This document shows positions 63,849 through 64,000 of a stretch of 64,000 bases of DNA, in pieces (position 1 is the stretch's first letter; each line of letters starts with the position of its first letter). Below the pieces are notes generated by a model, which saw only the letters and a program-made list of their open reading frames with translations, made no database searches and had not been told where the DNA came from. This stretch comes from an uncultured Alphaproteobacteria bacterium (lineage in GTDB: Bacteria > Pseudomonadota > Alphaproteobacteria > Rhizobiales > Xanthobacteraceae). The stretch lies in the NCBI GenBank assembly GCA_963738155.1, contig CAVTVG010000007.1:249834-313833 (forward strand). Direction: 5' to 3'. The position numbers were made by a program, and so were the translations under genes.

Positions 63849-64000
63849 TCACCACTTCACCTCCAGCCCCAGCGTGCCTTGGTGCGACTGCAGATTGGCG
63901 CGCAGCTTGGCATCGTAATTGAGATAGATCCGCGCCGTGTTGCCGATGAACAGCGAGGCCGAGGCGCCGGCATCCGCGCCGTATTGACTTTCGCCGATGC
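63849..64000 (-). CDS. C-terminus of an autotransporter / outer-membrane beta-barrel protein (partial)
   Basis: ...GADAGASASLFIGNTARIYLNYDAKLRANLQSHQGTLGLEVKW*; alternating beta strands, terminal Trp. Confidence 0.75.
   Translation of the reverse strand, partial: IGESQYGADAGASASLFIGNTARIYLNYDAKLRANLQSHQGTLGLEVKW

Overview
High-GC alphaproteobacterial chromosome segment, almost certainly Bradyrhizobium or a close Nitrobacteraceae relative (glnII, malic enzyme, aspS, selO, rnd backbone). It holds about 80 CDS, and I found no rRNA, tRNA, CRISPR array, integrase or transposase. Notable coding content: a regulator / SAM-methyltransferase / mddA / hydrolase cluster, an MBL-nadX-cupin operon, two tandem-GrlR-domain paralogues, two L,D-transpeptidase-fold genes, an orphan fabA, a BrnTA toxin-antitoxin pair and several small ORFs missed by the ORF track. 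The most unusual signal is non-coding. (1) Five copies, in two sequence subfamilies, of a ~165-bp element made of two CTAG-bounded hairpins (26-bp stems, 3-nt bulge, variable 20-24-nt loops) joined by an AT-rich linker carrying a CcrM GANTC site, with covarying stems. (2) A ~17-kb accessory tract between the malic enzyme gene and aspS that begins at a truncated copy of that element. It is a mosaic of single genes and gene remnants separated by a degenerate ATGTCCGC..GGGTCA motif, and it includes a sigma-EcfG stress cluster and a ~450-bp multi-stem repeat with paired ends. All family assignments come from motif recognition, not database searches.
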